NCBI RefSeq assembly: GCF_037042905.1
Contig: NC_087263.1
Coordinates: 9,426,001 to 9,490,000, forward strand
Length of the DNA stretch: 64,000 nucleotides
Direction of reading: 5' to 3'
DNA from: Lytechinus pictus
Lineage: Eukaryota
Shown here: in pieces, positions 39,869-52,712 of the stretch
Layout of the letters: each line of letters begins with the position of its first letter
How positions within the stretch are numbered: the first letter of the stretch is position 1
Position numbers and translations under genes: made by a program
The notes under the pieces: generated by a model
Told to the model about the DNA's origin: nothing
The model's input: only the letters and a program-made list of their open reading frames with translations
The model's database searches: none

Positions 39869-40174
39869 TTAAAAGGTCATGCTGCCTCAATACCACCATT
39901 TTGCTGTATAAATAAAGGAGCATGTTCTGGTTGTTTGACTCATGGTTCGGTGATCAAATTCACCAAATGATATCAAATATTTTCAATATTTGCTTTTGTG
40001 AATATGGGCACAATATAGCGGTTTAACAGAAGCCTTCAGCAGTCCAAAATATTCTACGGTAAGCCTAAAGTACATGTATACTTTACAAATTACAAGTACA
40101 CATAACCCACTGGAAAGAGCCAGACAGTGATGTAGTCTACACATGTACAAGCGCGGACTCAAATTCACACTTGA

Positions 40175-40760
40175 AGGGATGGTCCAGGCTGGAAATATAT
40201 CTCAATAAATAGAGTAAAATTCACAGAGCATAATGCTGAAAATTCGATCAAAATGAGATATTGAATTTTAAAGATTTGCATTATTCCGGTGAAACAGTTC
40301 TAGGCATGTCTTTATGAATATTCATTAGGTGGACGGATGATGTCATATCCCCACTTGTTCTTTTGTATTTTATTACATGAAATTAGGTTTATTCAAAACT
40401 TTTCTACCAAGAACGAAAACAATTGGATTGACAACTGATTATTTTTTCAATAGTTATTTATTGCCGAAACTTATTTCATCATAATGGAGACACATGATTT
40501 ACACATGTGTGAAATAATGAAAAATTTATGATTTCATGTAATACCATAAAAAAAGGGAAAGTGGGGATGTGACATCATCAGCCCACCTAATGAATATTCA
40601 TGACGATGTGCATATAACTGTTTTCACAAAATATTGATAAACCTTAAAATTCAATAACTTCTTTACTTGTTATCCGATGTTGATGAAATTTTCAGCATTT
40701 TGCTCTATGAAGTTTACTCTATTTATTTAGTTATAAATATTTTCAGCCCGGACCATCCCT
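40175..40760. mobile_element. TTAA-type MITE, family C
   Basis: AGGGATGGTCC.GGCTG TIR; related decayed copies near 44054-45130 and 61946. Confidence 0.75.
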
Positions 40761-40764
40761 TTAA

Positions 40765-41139
40765 AAGATAAATGCCAAGTGTGGTAATGATCTCAAAATA
40801 AGCTCAAACAAAATCCAATACAATACCCAGCCAAGTGTTTGTACATGTACATGTATGTAAAATATCTACCAAATCATGGCTCCAGTGTAATTGCTGAGAA
40901 ATGAGCAAAATAAAAACGGAATTACATCAAATGTTGGGTGTACATGTATTTCCAAGCAACGTTTGGCCCACATACGGAATGTGTTTTAGTGATCAAAAGT
41001 GTTGTCAGTTTTGTCAGCTACGATTTCATGACTAGTGTACATGTACATGGACCAGATCAAGGAATATGATAATAGAGTGACAATTAACCTTGATTAACCT
41101 CATGAAATAACTGTTAGATGCAACTAAATTATTTTACCT
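40765..41139 (+). mobile_element. Diverged family B MITE abutting the family C copy
   Basis: Similar to 8798-9188; shares the TTAA at 40761-40764. Confidence 0.65.
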
Positions 41140-43430
41140 TTAAAATAAAATCAACAAGCGGAAACAGAGCGACACAAGTTTGGGGTAAATTTTCCTGGTT
41201 GATGGTGACAGTGAGCTCTCTTCCTTGTATCTTCTTTCCTCATATTTTCTATAAATATTTTACCAGGAAATAATTGAACTCATAAGTATTCGGTTCCAAA
41301 GTTCTACCATTAAAAACGTATAAAATATGCGGTTACAATTGTTGCTCATCAAAATGTAAATGCAAGCAGGGGTTGGGGAGGTTCCAACTTATTGTACAGA
41401 AATCTGCGTAGTCAATGCGCTATGACCTTTGACCTGTTGAATCCAAATAATAATTTAACCTAAATTGATCATGATGTACATGTATTACAATAGGATGACG
41501 GGCTACAGATGTATTAAAAAAATATTGAACATTTTTTTAATTATTGCGCAGAAATAAAGAAGCCTTTTTGCAGTTTGCATGAGCAGTAAAAGATCATATG
41601 AGATAAACCATCAAGGTGGTTTTCAAGGTCACTGGCATTTTATAAGCATTTGTGATTTGATATGATTATTCATGTCTTCCCCTTGAAGTACATACTGTAT
41701 ATACTTTTCATCACATCCAAGCTGATTGGTAAGTATCCAAAATCTTTGAAATTTGACAGTAGCGCATACAGTACATACACCAAAAGCAGACAATGCAGGG
41801 GCCGCGAACGGTTTTGAAAGTGGGGGGGGGGGGCTGACCGTGCACAAAATCATGATCAGATGGTCCTTTTTACGTTTTGTACACGGTTTGGGAAAAATGG
41901 GGGGGGGAGCTGAAGCCCACCCAGCCCCACCCCCAACCCCATTTCCACGGCCCCTGCAATGCAACAGAAGATTTATGAACATGTTCACAGGTGTTCTATT
42001 CGTGTCGTTCTTTCTTGGAATTTGAATACCACATGATGCTACATCAGGAAAGCTCATGCAACATGTTCATTTGAAAGAGTTGGTGCTCATCTTTATGAAA
42101 AATGGGAAATGTCATTAGAGAAAAAGTGATCATGAGCTATTAAACTGCGAATTGGCTTCAAAAGGGAACAGACCTCAGAGACAGATGAACTGATGGCAGG
42201 AAAAATATGGCAACCCCCCGCTGACCCCCCCCCCCACACACGCACACCTTATTGCTGCTGCATGATGAAATAGATTCAATGAAAAAAATATGCGTCAATA
42301 TTCAAACATGATATCATTTTGTGTTTTTAACTTCCTGTTTCTGAAATACGTATGTACAATGTACATATTGTGTGGGCACTTGTACAGAAACATGGGCGGT
42401 TTCTGTTTTGTTTTTAAAACAATATTAACATTAACATTAACTATAGAAATAATTAATTTTATTCCACATGAATCATAGTTTTAATAGACCAATACTCTTA
42501 CTCTCACAGTACCCACCAAATGTATTTCTAATAACCGAGAATCTAAACCAAAGTTTATTAAACTAACAATAGCAACAAATTATAATTTTCTTATACCTGG
42601 TATGCTAAATTTTCTGAATATCCCTGTTTGTACATGTATTAAGGGTATGCTTATCTACAAATTTCATTCAACATTTTGTTGGTTTTATTTCATTTTGTGC
42701 AAATAAAAAGCTATACATATTTCCCTTGCCTTAATTATCTTATTTTATTTATCTTTCGGCATTTTGCTTAGTAAATTTCTAGCGGTTTGTTTGAATTCCT
42801 CCAGTATACTGCTCTGAAGTTATTTTGTTAAAGTAAAATTCAATTGGCTTGCGAGTCACATGTGCCATTGCAAAATTTTAAGACGATTTCCCTTTTCCTC
42901 TGAATTCAGAGAATTACTTTTAAAAATATTTTTTAATTTATTTTTGGGGGTCTAAATTGGATACAGACGAGTACATGTAGGAGTCCAGTTATTATGCATT
43001 ATACATTGTAAGATGAATATAAATAGATTTACCTGTAATTGATCTTGAACCTCAATTACATGTACTTTATTGATTTATGATACAATAAATTCACTATCCT
43101 AGCAATTACATGTATATTCACAGACCAGGGGAAAATTTTTGCTTGCTACGGCACTGTTTTAAACAGCTAAAAATTTATGATAAGGGTCATGCATATTGTA
43201 CAGATTTAACTTGTTTAAGATATAAACTTGTATGCAAGGATATTAGTTTGAGTTTTGATAAATGAAAAGTACACATTTTTTGTACTATGGTAATTTTGCA
43301 TACATAATGTATAGGGCCTATAAATATGTGCAGCAATAAACATCTGAGAGCCCATTCCCCCATCCTCCCTCAGACCCCCACACCTATTGCAATTTGTGCA
43401 TAACTAAGGAAATTTTGCAAGCTCTTTTAA

Positions 43431-43829
43431 AGCTAAATGATAGTAGTTGCAGTAAACACAGATTTTGTGAGAAAGTCTGTAAAACCAAGGTTAAGTATAC
43501 TATATCATCGTGGATCTAGATCTGGTACAGTTACATAAACTGAACTCTGTGAAATCATAAAATCTAAGCTAAAAAACCGATCACACTGAAGATCGCCAAC
43601 ACAGATAGGCACACGTGGGACAGTATACATGTATTATTATTGCTGGAATAAAGACCTGACGGAAGTGCCCGAATCCGCGTTATTTTGCTTATTTCTCAGC
43701 AATTACACAATTTCTTCCAGAATCCTTTGGCACATATTTTTTATTCATACAAACAGACACTTGGGTGGTCATTATATTGGATTCTGTAAAAAGTCATTTT
43801 GAGATCGTTACCACAACTGGCATTTACCT
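43431..43829 (-). mobile_element. TTAA-flanked MITE, family B
   Basis: TTAA flanks; an empty paralogous site is visible near 45245. Confidence 0.8.
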
Positions 43830-46800
43830 TTAACTAGAGAAACCCCACTATTTTCACTAGCTTCCTTCAATGGCCACATTGTAAATAGAGCAGCTATTGT
43901 TAAATAATGATTTCCTGAAATGTCTTGCTTCAAAAAAAATATGTACAGTAATTAATATGGTACTCCTACAGATATCCTGTGAGTCTGATTACAGAAAATA
44001 AAAGTAAAGATGATTTTCTGTTTGACGTCAGATCATCACATGTACTTCAATAAAGGGATACTCTGGGCTGAAAGTGTAAATGTTGAGTAAAATTCACTGA
44101 GCAAGCTGCCAAATATTTCATCAAAATCTGATACCAAATATTAAACAAAGTTATTGAATTTCAAACTTTGTCATATTTTGTAAAAATAGTTATATGTATG
44201 CACACCGTCATGAATATTCATAATGGTTGGTTGACGATGTCATGTCCCCACTTTCCTTTTTCTTGTGTGATTATATGAAGTCATAATTATTCCATGTGTG
44301 TCACTGATGTGTGTATGACATGTCTTCCTTATTATCTGATTAATAAAATCAGTTGTCTATCAATTTTTTGTTATTCTTGGAGGACAACATAATACAAGAA
44401 AATACACAAGAAAAAGTGGGGATGGCACATGACATCATGAAATGACATATTTAAAGTAAGTTTCCTGTGTCAGTATTTCAGTTAATCATTAAATCACTTT
44501 TCCTGTGATTTAATCATCACCAAATACTCTCCCATGACCATCATCATCTCCATCTCCATCATGGCTTTCATTTTCACCATTATCACCATCATCCACATTC
44601 ATCTCCATCTTCATCATTATAAAATTATGAACAAATTAACATTTCCATTCTGCTTTATAAATGTATTAATTTAATGACTTTTATTCCGGGGTAGTCATTT
44701 TTTTCAAGAAATATGCTTTATAATGACAATCCTTCTCATGCAAACTGTAAATGTTAAATTTTCTTTGTTGGTAGTAGATCATATTTGTTTAGAATGACTT
44801 TTTTATTTTGTATTTTTTTTCTTTATGATTCATACCAATATCAATTACCAATATTATGTTTGTTACGTAATGAAAATTGTATTGTATATGAATGTTATGA
44901 ATGCAGAAGAAAAAAAATAAATCAATTAATCAAATCAAATCAAATTTACATATTGAATATTCATGAAGACAAGCACAGAACTGTTCCACCGAAATAATGC
45001 AAATTTTAAAATGTCATAGAATAACTTGGTTATTCCTTGACTGATTTTAAATTTCAGGGTATTTTGTGTCTGATTTTACTTCTTTATCTTTTCAAATCTA
45101 AATACTTTCAGCCTGGGGTAGGCCTACCCCTTTTAAACAAAGAAGGATACATCAATTAACTTTTGACAATAAAAAATCCACATTTAAGGGCAGTTTCTCT
45201 TTGAGAGACCCCCCCCTGTAAATTTAGGACATTTTGCAAGCTCTCTAAAAACTACAGAAACCCCACTATTTTCACAAGCTTCCCTCAAAGGTGATACATG
45301 TATAGGGCCGCTAAAGTTACTAATAATTTCCTGAAATGCAATGCTAAAACAATATTAATATGACACCGATGATACCATGTAGTTATATCCTGCAGATGTC
45401 CTGTGAATCTGATTACAGAAAATAAGTAAAAATGATTTACTGCATGACGTCAGATCATCACTGTTAGTACAAGTTTACAAAGGGCATCAATATGGCACCA
45501 CCTCATTTAATAATATGCATTATCAAGAGTCCTGGGGCCCATTTCATAAAGATCATTATGGTAGAATTACGGTATTTCAAACATACAGGTACATGTAACT
45601 CAGGATTTTTTTTCTTCCAAGGGCTACTTTTGGAGCCAACTTTCCCAATTCTACTACATTGTGTTGCATAATTGCATTGGACCCTACATGTACATGTACA
45701 TGTATCTGTATGGCAATTTCCAGGAATTTTTTATAAAGTTTACCAGGGCTCTTTTGGGCATTTCGGGGTTGGATTCGCCCTGAGCCCCAATTTTTTTTTT
45801 CACTGGTAATGCCTATAAAGTCAATTTTTTGGGGACCACATAAATCTTTTGATTTGGGAGAAATTTGACTTTATAGAAAAGATTAAATAACACATTTCTG
45901 ATCTAAAAATTTGCTCTAACTTTATGTAACAAGACTAATAGACTTATGGAAGATCGACATCAAGGCAGACCTTTATGCATTATGAAAATCTTGATTTTGA
46001 TTGGTTGAAGAGCCCTGATACCATGGTATCAGTGCATTTTTTTTTTATTTTGTGGTAGTGACTTTGGGGGGCTACTTGTTACAAATACCACCTATTAATC
46101 TGCAACATTGGACAAGCTTCAACATTGAAGTGAATAGGAATTTTAGGGGCTCAATTTTCATTTCTCAGGGTTATTTTGAGTATTTCGGAGGCAAAATCGT
46201 CCCAAGCCCCCCATGTAAATTTTTCCTGCGTGGCATACACCAGAATTTACCATAATGGCAAAGTTCCTCTATGAAATGGGCCTCAGAACTATATTTAAAG
46301 ATTACTGGCTCCTTACGTTACCCATAATGCAACATTCTGATTACTTGGTAATTGTCGTCTTACAGGTATACTGTGTACTACTAGTAATTAATTTTTTTTC
46401 TGAAATTTTTATGTCATCCAATTGGTGGTTTGTAATGTATGAAAAATATTATAAAAGAACTTTAATATGCCATTTTGAATACTAATTTACAAGTATTCAT
46501 CACATTTTACATATAATTGTTATTCACTATATGCATTCATTTTAACTGACAAATTCAAATACAATATTAATAGGTGATGTACTATAAATCTGACTTGGAA
46601 AGGGGTATTACATATTATGGATCTTGAATCCAATATCTGATTTAGTTGCAGGGTATGTAGGTACATACATGTATTATGAATGCCGTTTAAAAAAATTGAA
46701 ATTAAGTTGTTGCTAACTTTCTATACTCAACCAGAAGTGATACAGTACTGAACAACTTAATACAAGTTTGGTCAACTGTGCATGGTGGGGACTATACATT

Positions 46801-46834
46801 CGGCTTGTTTTCACTTCAAACATGATAAATACCG

Positions 46835-47262
46835 TTTATTTCCATTTCGTCAAATATCAATTCATCCAATTTCCGACTCGTCTACTATCATTTGGGTACA
46901 TGTCATCTACTATCAGTTCGACCACTATCCACATGGTCTAATTGCCACATGGTCTAATTGCCAATTCGTCCTATCACCATTTCGTCTAAACCAGTTGGTT
47001 CAATAGTCCATACAAGTACATGTACCATTTGGTCTATAGTGTTAACTGTGCAAAATGAAGGAAAATGAAATGGATATTAGACCAACTGGTTATGAGACGA
47101 TATGGTGATTAGACGAACTGATGATTGGTCCAAACGGTTATTGGAGTTGGACCAAATTGTTATTAGACGAAATGTTGATGGACGGAATGGCATTAGACTA
47201 TAAAATGAAAGTAGACTATGTGGTGAGTGGAGAAGTTGGCAGTAGACGAATTGGCAATTTAC
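46835..47262. repeat. Inverted array of TTCGTCTA/TAGACGAA motifs (MITE-like)
   Basis: Motif orientation flips near 47060. Confidence 0.55.
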
Positions 47263-48810
47263 CATAAATACAGTGACTGTATACAGTACAGTATGACAAA
47301 ATGTGGCTAACATGCCCAATGTATGTACATGTATATGTGTCACAGATTTTATGAGAAATTGAGAAAACATAATCATAGTAGATTATCTTGGTCATAATAT
47401 TACGTAGGCTGTTAAAAGTGTAATGATCATCTTCATGTACCTTGATAAATCATGATCTGCGAACAAATATTGTATCCTCCCTCAGTCAATACCAACCTAG
47501 CAAATACAGTGACATCATGCCCATTAAAAGATAACGGTGAAACAAATTTAATCTGTGGGTGTAAACCTATAACATGTACACTGTACACGTGCATATTACC
47601 ATGTCCTGAAATGTACATGAACTGCACTTGAAAATCACTTGATGATCTACCACATGCTTCATGAATGTTTCTATTGTGGATTTTTAATGACACCATTAAA
47701 TGTCTAGGTTACACTGCATGTACACATTGTCCTTAACATTTTCAATCAAGTGATAATGATCAGTATTAGCTCAGAAGCGGAAGTAGCAGTAACAGGAGGA
47801 ATGGCACACTGTAATACTGTGTATATGGCAAAATATTTGCACCTGATTTCTAATACATGTACATGTACGTATTAATGTATTATACTGTAAATCCATCAAC
47901 CTATGCAGGACTCCATGAACAATATTTTAGTTTTATATCATAAACCTTACATTTTTGGTGTAATTGAGGAAGAACCCAATAATCTACACTGTACTTGCAG
48001 AGCTCTACTGTATTCTTATATATATATATATGAATCAAATTCAAATCAATTATTATATCAGATTTTTCTAAATCTTTTCATATTTTAATAATGTAAAGGT
48101 TCTTGTAAACTCTGTATTTCCCACTAATCTACAGTATATAATTATCATAACTGTATATAAAATTGTTTCACATTTGATCACAATTCAGAGTAGGGTATAG
48201 TTAGGTAAACAATGGGATATATTTTAGTATAAATTCTCAATCTAGCAAAATGTAGGTCAAAAAATTAAGCTGACTACTAGTGTAAAGGTTTATTTTGAAG
48301 AATTTACCTCGTTTATTTAGAGTATACTTACAGGATAATGTACATGTGTGTACAATGCATATTCCATGTTGATAGTGCTGTTAAAAATTGAACAATCAGT
48401 CTTTATTGTCTGTATGTAAGTACAGGCAACTGTCTGATGTACATTCCCGTACTGTTTTTCTGCAGGTGTATCTTTCAAAGGGTCTACAACAGCACTAGTC
48501 CTTCTTCTAGAGTACTTATTTCGCCCTTTTGCTGCTGCCCCATAGTCATCGTAATGTACATGGCAGTAAAAAATTGACTTGACCTTCTGAAGATCTTTGT
48601 CCAGGTCAGGCAATAAATCAGATGAACACCCTTCTCTTTTGTATTGGTTTTAACAGGGTGAATTTCATTTAGATACTAACATGTACACACGATCACATTA
48701 GCCTCCATCGGGATTTAATGCAAACTGTCTTGCAAATGTACAAAAACTCTTCTGCAACTAACTTGCAATTTGCTACATACACTGTACAAATTTTATTTTG
48801 CTGTACTTAA

Positions 48811-49392
48811 AGGGGAATGAAACCTTTGGAACAAGTAGGCTTGTGTCAAAACAGAAAATCAAAGAATAAGAACAAAGAAAGTTTGAGAAAAATCTGGCAA
48901 ATAATGAGAGTTATGAGCATTTGAATATTGCAATCACTAATGACATGGAGATCCTCCCATTGGCAACGCGACAAGGATGTGTGATGTCACATGTGAACAA
49001 CTTTCCCTTTGATGGACTACAAAATACCCCCAAATTGTTTCTTTTTGCTTTTTCTTATGGTGATACAAACTATTTATCCATGATGTATTCTTTAAAAATC
49101 TATATTACATGCTCTCCTATAAAAAGAAATCATGATCTACTGATAGATGTGATAAAAGAGGCAGTTTAAGAGAAATATATACTTAAGTAATGGGGAGAGT
49201 TGTTCACAAGTGATATCACACATCTTTGTTGCATTGCCAATGTGAGGATCTCCATTGCATTAGTGATCGCAATATTTAAATGCTCATAACTTTCTCATTA
49301 TTTGTTCGATTTTTCTCAAACTTTCGTTGATCTGTTTCTTTGATTTTTCTGTTTTCACACAAGCTATCTTGTTCCCAAGGTTTCATTCTCCT
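48811..49392. mobile_element. TTAA-flanked MITE with ~190 bp TIRs
   Basis: AGGGGAATGAAACC / GGTTTCATTCTCCT termini, TTAA flanks. Confidence 0.8.
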
Positions 49393-50750
49393 TTAATATA
49401 AACTTTGTAGAATATTTTAAAATGGCGCTGTACATACTCCACACCAGACCTGCCAAACACAGTATGACAATACACCAGTCGGTGGATTGTACTTTATCAG
49501 AAGAAGAGAAGAATTTAGGAACTTACGTGTAGAATTTCAAAAAGAAAAAAAAATTCTGTCTGAAGATATTCATAATTCTCAAAGCAAGAATCAAAATGAT
49601 CAATTAAAAAAAATAAATGAACAAAAATAAATAGCAAATTAAAGCATCTTATAGACCAAAAGCCTCAGTCTCTGTACATTGTCAGTGGCTTTTCCGAATT
49701 CCGCTATTAAAACTACATGTACATTAGCTCCACTCACCAATGGGGATGATATCAAAATGCCAGATATTGTTAAATAAATAAATCCACAGAAACGACGGTT
49801 TTTCCTGTCTAATTAAAGCAATATCACTCAATCAATATTGAATTTACATAAATAATTCAATGAATGTACATATAGATCGAGACTAAAAATGGGAAACAAA
49901 ATAAACTGTACAAAAAGGTTATTTGTAGATACACGGGAGTGTAGGGTAAATGAATTTAAATGAATAAAGAGGTTTATGTTAATGAAAAAAATGAATGAAC
50001 AAATTGAACAATTACATGAAATAATATAAAAAGATAAAGATTGTTAATCCCCTAATGGTGGCTGCACGATAGTGAGCCGTCTGTGTACGAGGAGAAATAA
50101 AATAAAAGTTACGTTAAAAGACTCCTCAAAACAGACGGCTGTCAGCTGTCTAGCTGGACTCTAGACTAGACTCTACAGTTACATTACATGTATATGTTTT
50201 TCCAACTCCCAAACAAGCGGGCCAAGCCAAAAATTAGCTAACTACAGTACATGTACTGTTAGACCAAAAGCTTCGGTCTCTGTTATGTTGGTTGTTCAGC
50301 TGAACTCCGTTGGCTTCACTCACCAAATACAGAGACCGAAGTTCTAGCGCGATCTGTACAGGGGACACAATGGCCATATGTTTATGTGTATTAAGTTCAG
50401 ATAAAACAGGACAGTGAAGTTGCGCGACAGCCGAGGTAAGTCACTGTTTTTGTTCCTTTTAACTTGATTTTCCCCGTTTTTTGGCAATTAATGCCAAAAG
50501 GGGATATTAATTTGCATTTCGGTCGCGTTAATTTTCAAAAGTTTGATTCATTGAAGACAAAAATTGAAGAGCCCCAACGGGGGAATTTTGCATTGTAAGT
50601 CCCCTAATGGTGGCTGCACGATAGCGAGCCGTCTGTGTATGAGGAGAAATTTAAAAAATAAAAACATGTTAAAAAACTCCTCGAAACAGACGGCTGCCAG
50701 CTGTCTAATGACAATGTACTGTATGCCCATGCCATGGCATGATGACTTAC

Positions 50751-50804
50751 CGATATTATCATCAGCAACAGTCTGTATCTACATCTATGCTTTATTACTT
50801 CCAT
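50751..50804 (-). CDS. Coding exon 1 of FN3-repeat cell-surface protein gene (start of signal peptide MEVIKHRCRYRLLLMIIS)
   Basis: ATG in TTCAAAATGG context, 18 codons, then GTAAGT donor (phase 0). Basic n-region followed by hydrophobic residues; joins exon 34478-34517 in frame. Confidence 0.75.
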
Positions 50805-51049
50805 TTTGAATCCTAGAGCTTCAGACAGCCTGGTACTCCTTCTGGTGATTGAATTTATTAAAATCCAAGATAAATCTCCCAATGAAGACTTTGTAAAATA
50901 AAAAACAATCTGTCTCCAAATAGGAGTCCAACTAACTTAGTTAGATCCAAATCTTCCTTGCTGTTTTGGTTTTTCAATCAAATGTTTCAATCCATTTAAA
51001 TAGAAGACGAGATATCTAAAGCTGTATTCATCAAAATTGTACTTAAATT

Positions 51050-51620
51050 CAAAATAATGTCAAAGTAAGGGAGTCTACGTCTGTTTATTTATCCTCTTCA
51101 TCCAGCTCTGGACAGTTGACCGCATGCATATGCATGCCGCACTTTTCTGAAATTCGTACGAGAACGGAAGTCCACGTCCAGTTTACGCCGCAACCACCGG
51201 CCTAGATATTCAATACTGCCGTACACGCCCACCGTGCCGACAGTTGGAATCAAATGCGACGCTACTCAAATGAAGAAATAATAACGTATTAGAACTTTGC
51301 TTCAACTCATTATCGGAATGTACTTCCCCGCTTTACTTCTTATCAGTCATGTCAGTTGATACATCTATCGTTAATCAAAACTAAGCACTAAACTTCAAAG
51401 AGGAACTGTCGTTTAAAATTCCTCCTCCAACTCCACACAAGCGTTTCATCACTTCCTGGTTGTGTACTGTTAGACGTTTTCAATGCGCTTTGTCAATTTT
51501 CTTGGATACAAAGTTCACTGAAATAAATACCTTTGAGGCAATTTAAGTGGAGGCAAAGTTTGAGCAATAAAGCATGGCTAACGATCGACCAATATTGGCT
51601 TATTTTTCTTTTAAAAAGAG
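51050..51620 (-). promoter_or_regulatory. Candidate 5'UTR/promoter of the FN3 gene
   Basis: CpG-richer sequence with no recognisable repeats upstream of exon 1. ETS-like ACCAGGAAGT (51451-51460) and a perfect CArG box CCAATATTGG (51589-51598). Confidence 0.35.
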
Positions 51621-52294
51621 ATTTTGATCTGTTTTAGTACAGAGGAAATAACAAAAAAATATATATATTTCATCATGAAGGGGATGAAATTATGGAAACA
51701 TGTCGCGGACGGGCCCACTGGAAATAATCTTCCGAGCTTTATCCAGTGCAAGTGCAAACTTGTGCAAGTACAAATTTGAAGTATCAGTTTTGAAGAAGTT
51801 ATTTAGGGTGAACGGGTAGTGCGCCACTGAGCTGAATAGGCAACTAGATACTAGTAATCGGCGCCTAATGAACGCTAGCACAATAGGCATATTGCTATTA
51901 AATGATCCAGATTGGAACACTAAATAGAGACTAAAACGGAGCAACTAATAATTGATTAAAAATATTTTGGCCCTAAGTAACATTCATAAACTTTACGATT
52001 TTCAATGATAAGAGTTTTTGCAAAGTTTGTACAACGAAATTGTTATAATAAACCTTGAAATAGTGGTGTGATTCTACCTTATATTTTGAGGAGATGCATT
52101 TTGCGTTGCATGCGTTTCTGAAAAGAGACTAAGGGAAAGTGAAAACTAAAGGGGATTTCCCCTAAGAGATAACATTCGAAACAAATTCCAAGACGTAATC
52201 CGCTTTTGATCCATTCTTTTGTTGATAATAAATTTGGGAACGGTGGATTGATCAGAAAGGATTCATCTCTATATTATTAAGGATGTTGATCAAG

Positions 52295-52712
52295 CTCTTT
52301 TACCTACTTTCTACTTCTTTCTTTCTTTCCTTTTTCTTCTTTCTTCCTTCCTATATAGTTTCTTTCTTTGGCTTCCCCCTCCGCCCCTAATTCCTTTCGT
52401 TCTTTCTTTGGCTTTCTTTCTCAGTCTTTCTTTCTTTCTTTGTCTTTTTCTTTCTTTCTTTCTTTCTTTTTTTTTCTTTCCTCATTTATTTTATATGTAT
52501 ATAATATTGATTCACAGAACCAAATCAGGAATTTACTAGAAATTTCAACTGCTCTCCCTCTCCCCTCTCTCCCCCCCCCCCCTCTCTCTCTCTATCTTTC
52601 TTTCTCAGTTTTCTTTCTTAATCTTCCTTTCTTCTCTCTTCCTTCCTTTCTTTCTTCTGTTTCTCTTTTTCCTTTCTTTCTTTCTTTCTTTCTTCCTTTC
52701 TTTTCTTTCTTT
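52295..52712. repeat. CT-rich low-complexity tract
   Basis: (CTTT)n and (CT)n runs. Confidence 0.9.

Larger units (their letters stand above)
1405..50804 (-). other. Partial gene: signal peptide + at least 6 FN3 domains, probably R3-subtype receptor protein tyrosine phosphatase-like (PTPRB/PTPRJ-like); catalytic part not in window
   Basis: An FN3-only ectodomain directly after the signal peptide, one phase-1 exon per domain, is the R3 RPTP architecture. No TM or PTP domain is visible, so the family is an inference. Confidence 0.5.

Noticed and set aside
49527..49559. Possible 33 bp in-frame microexon (AG...GTAAGT) on the minus strand
   Set aside because: Weak pyrimidine tract, low-complexity T-run, and not needed for the gene model.
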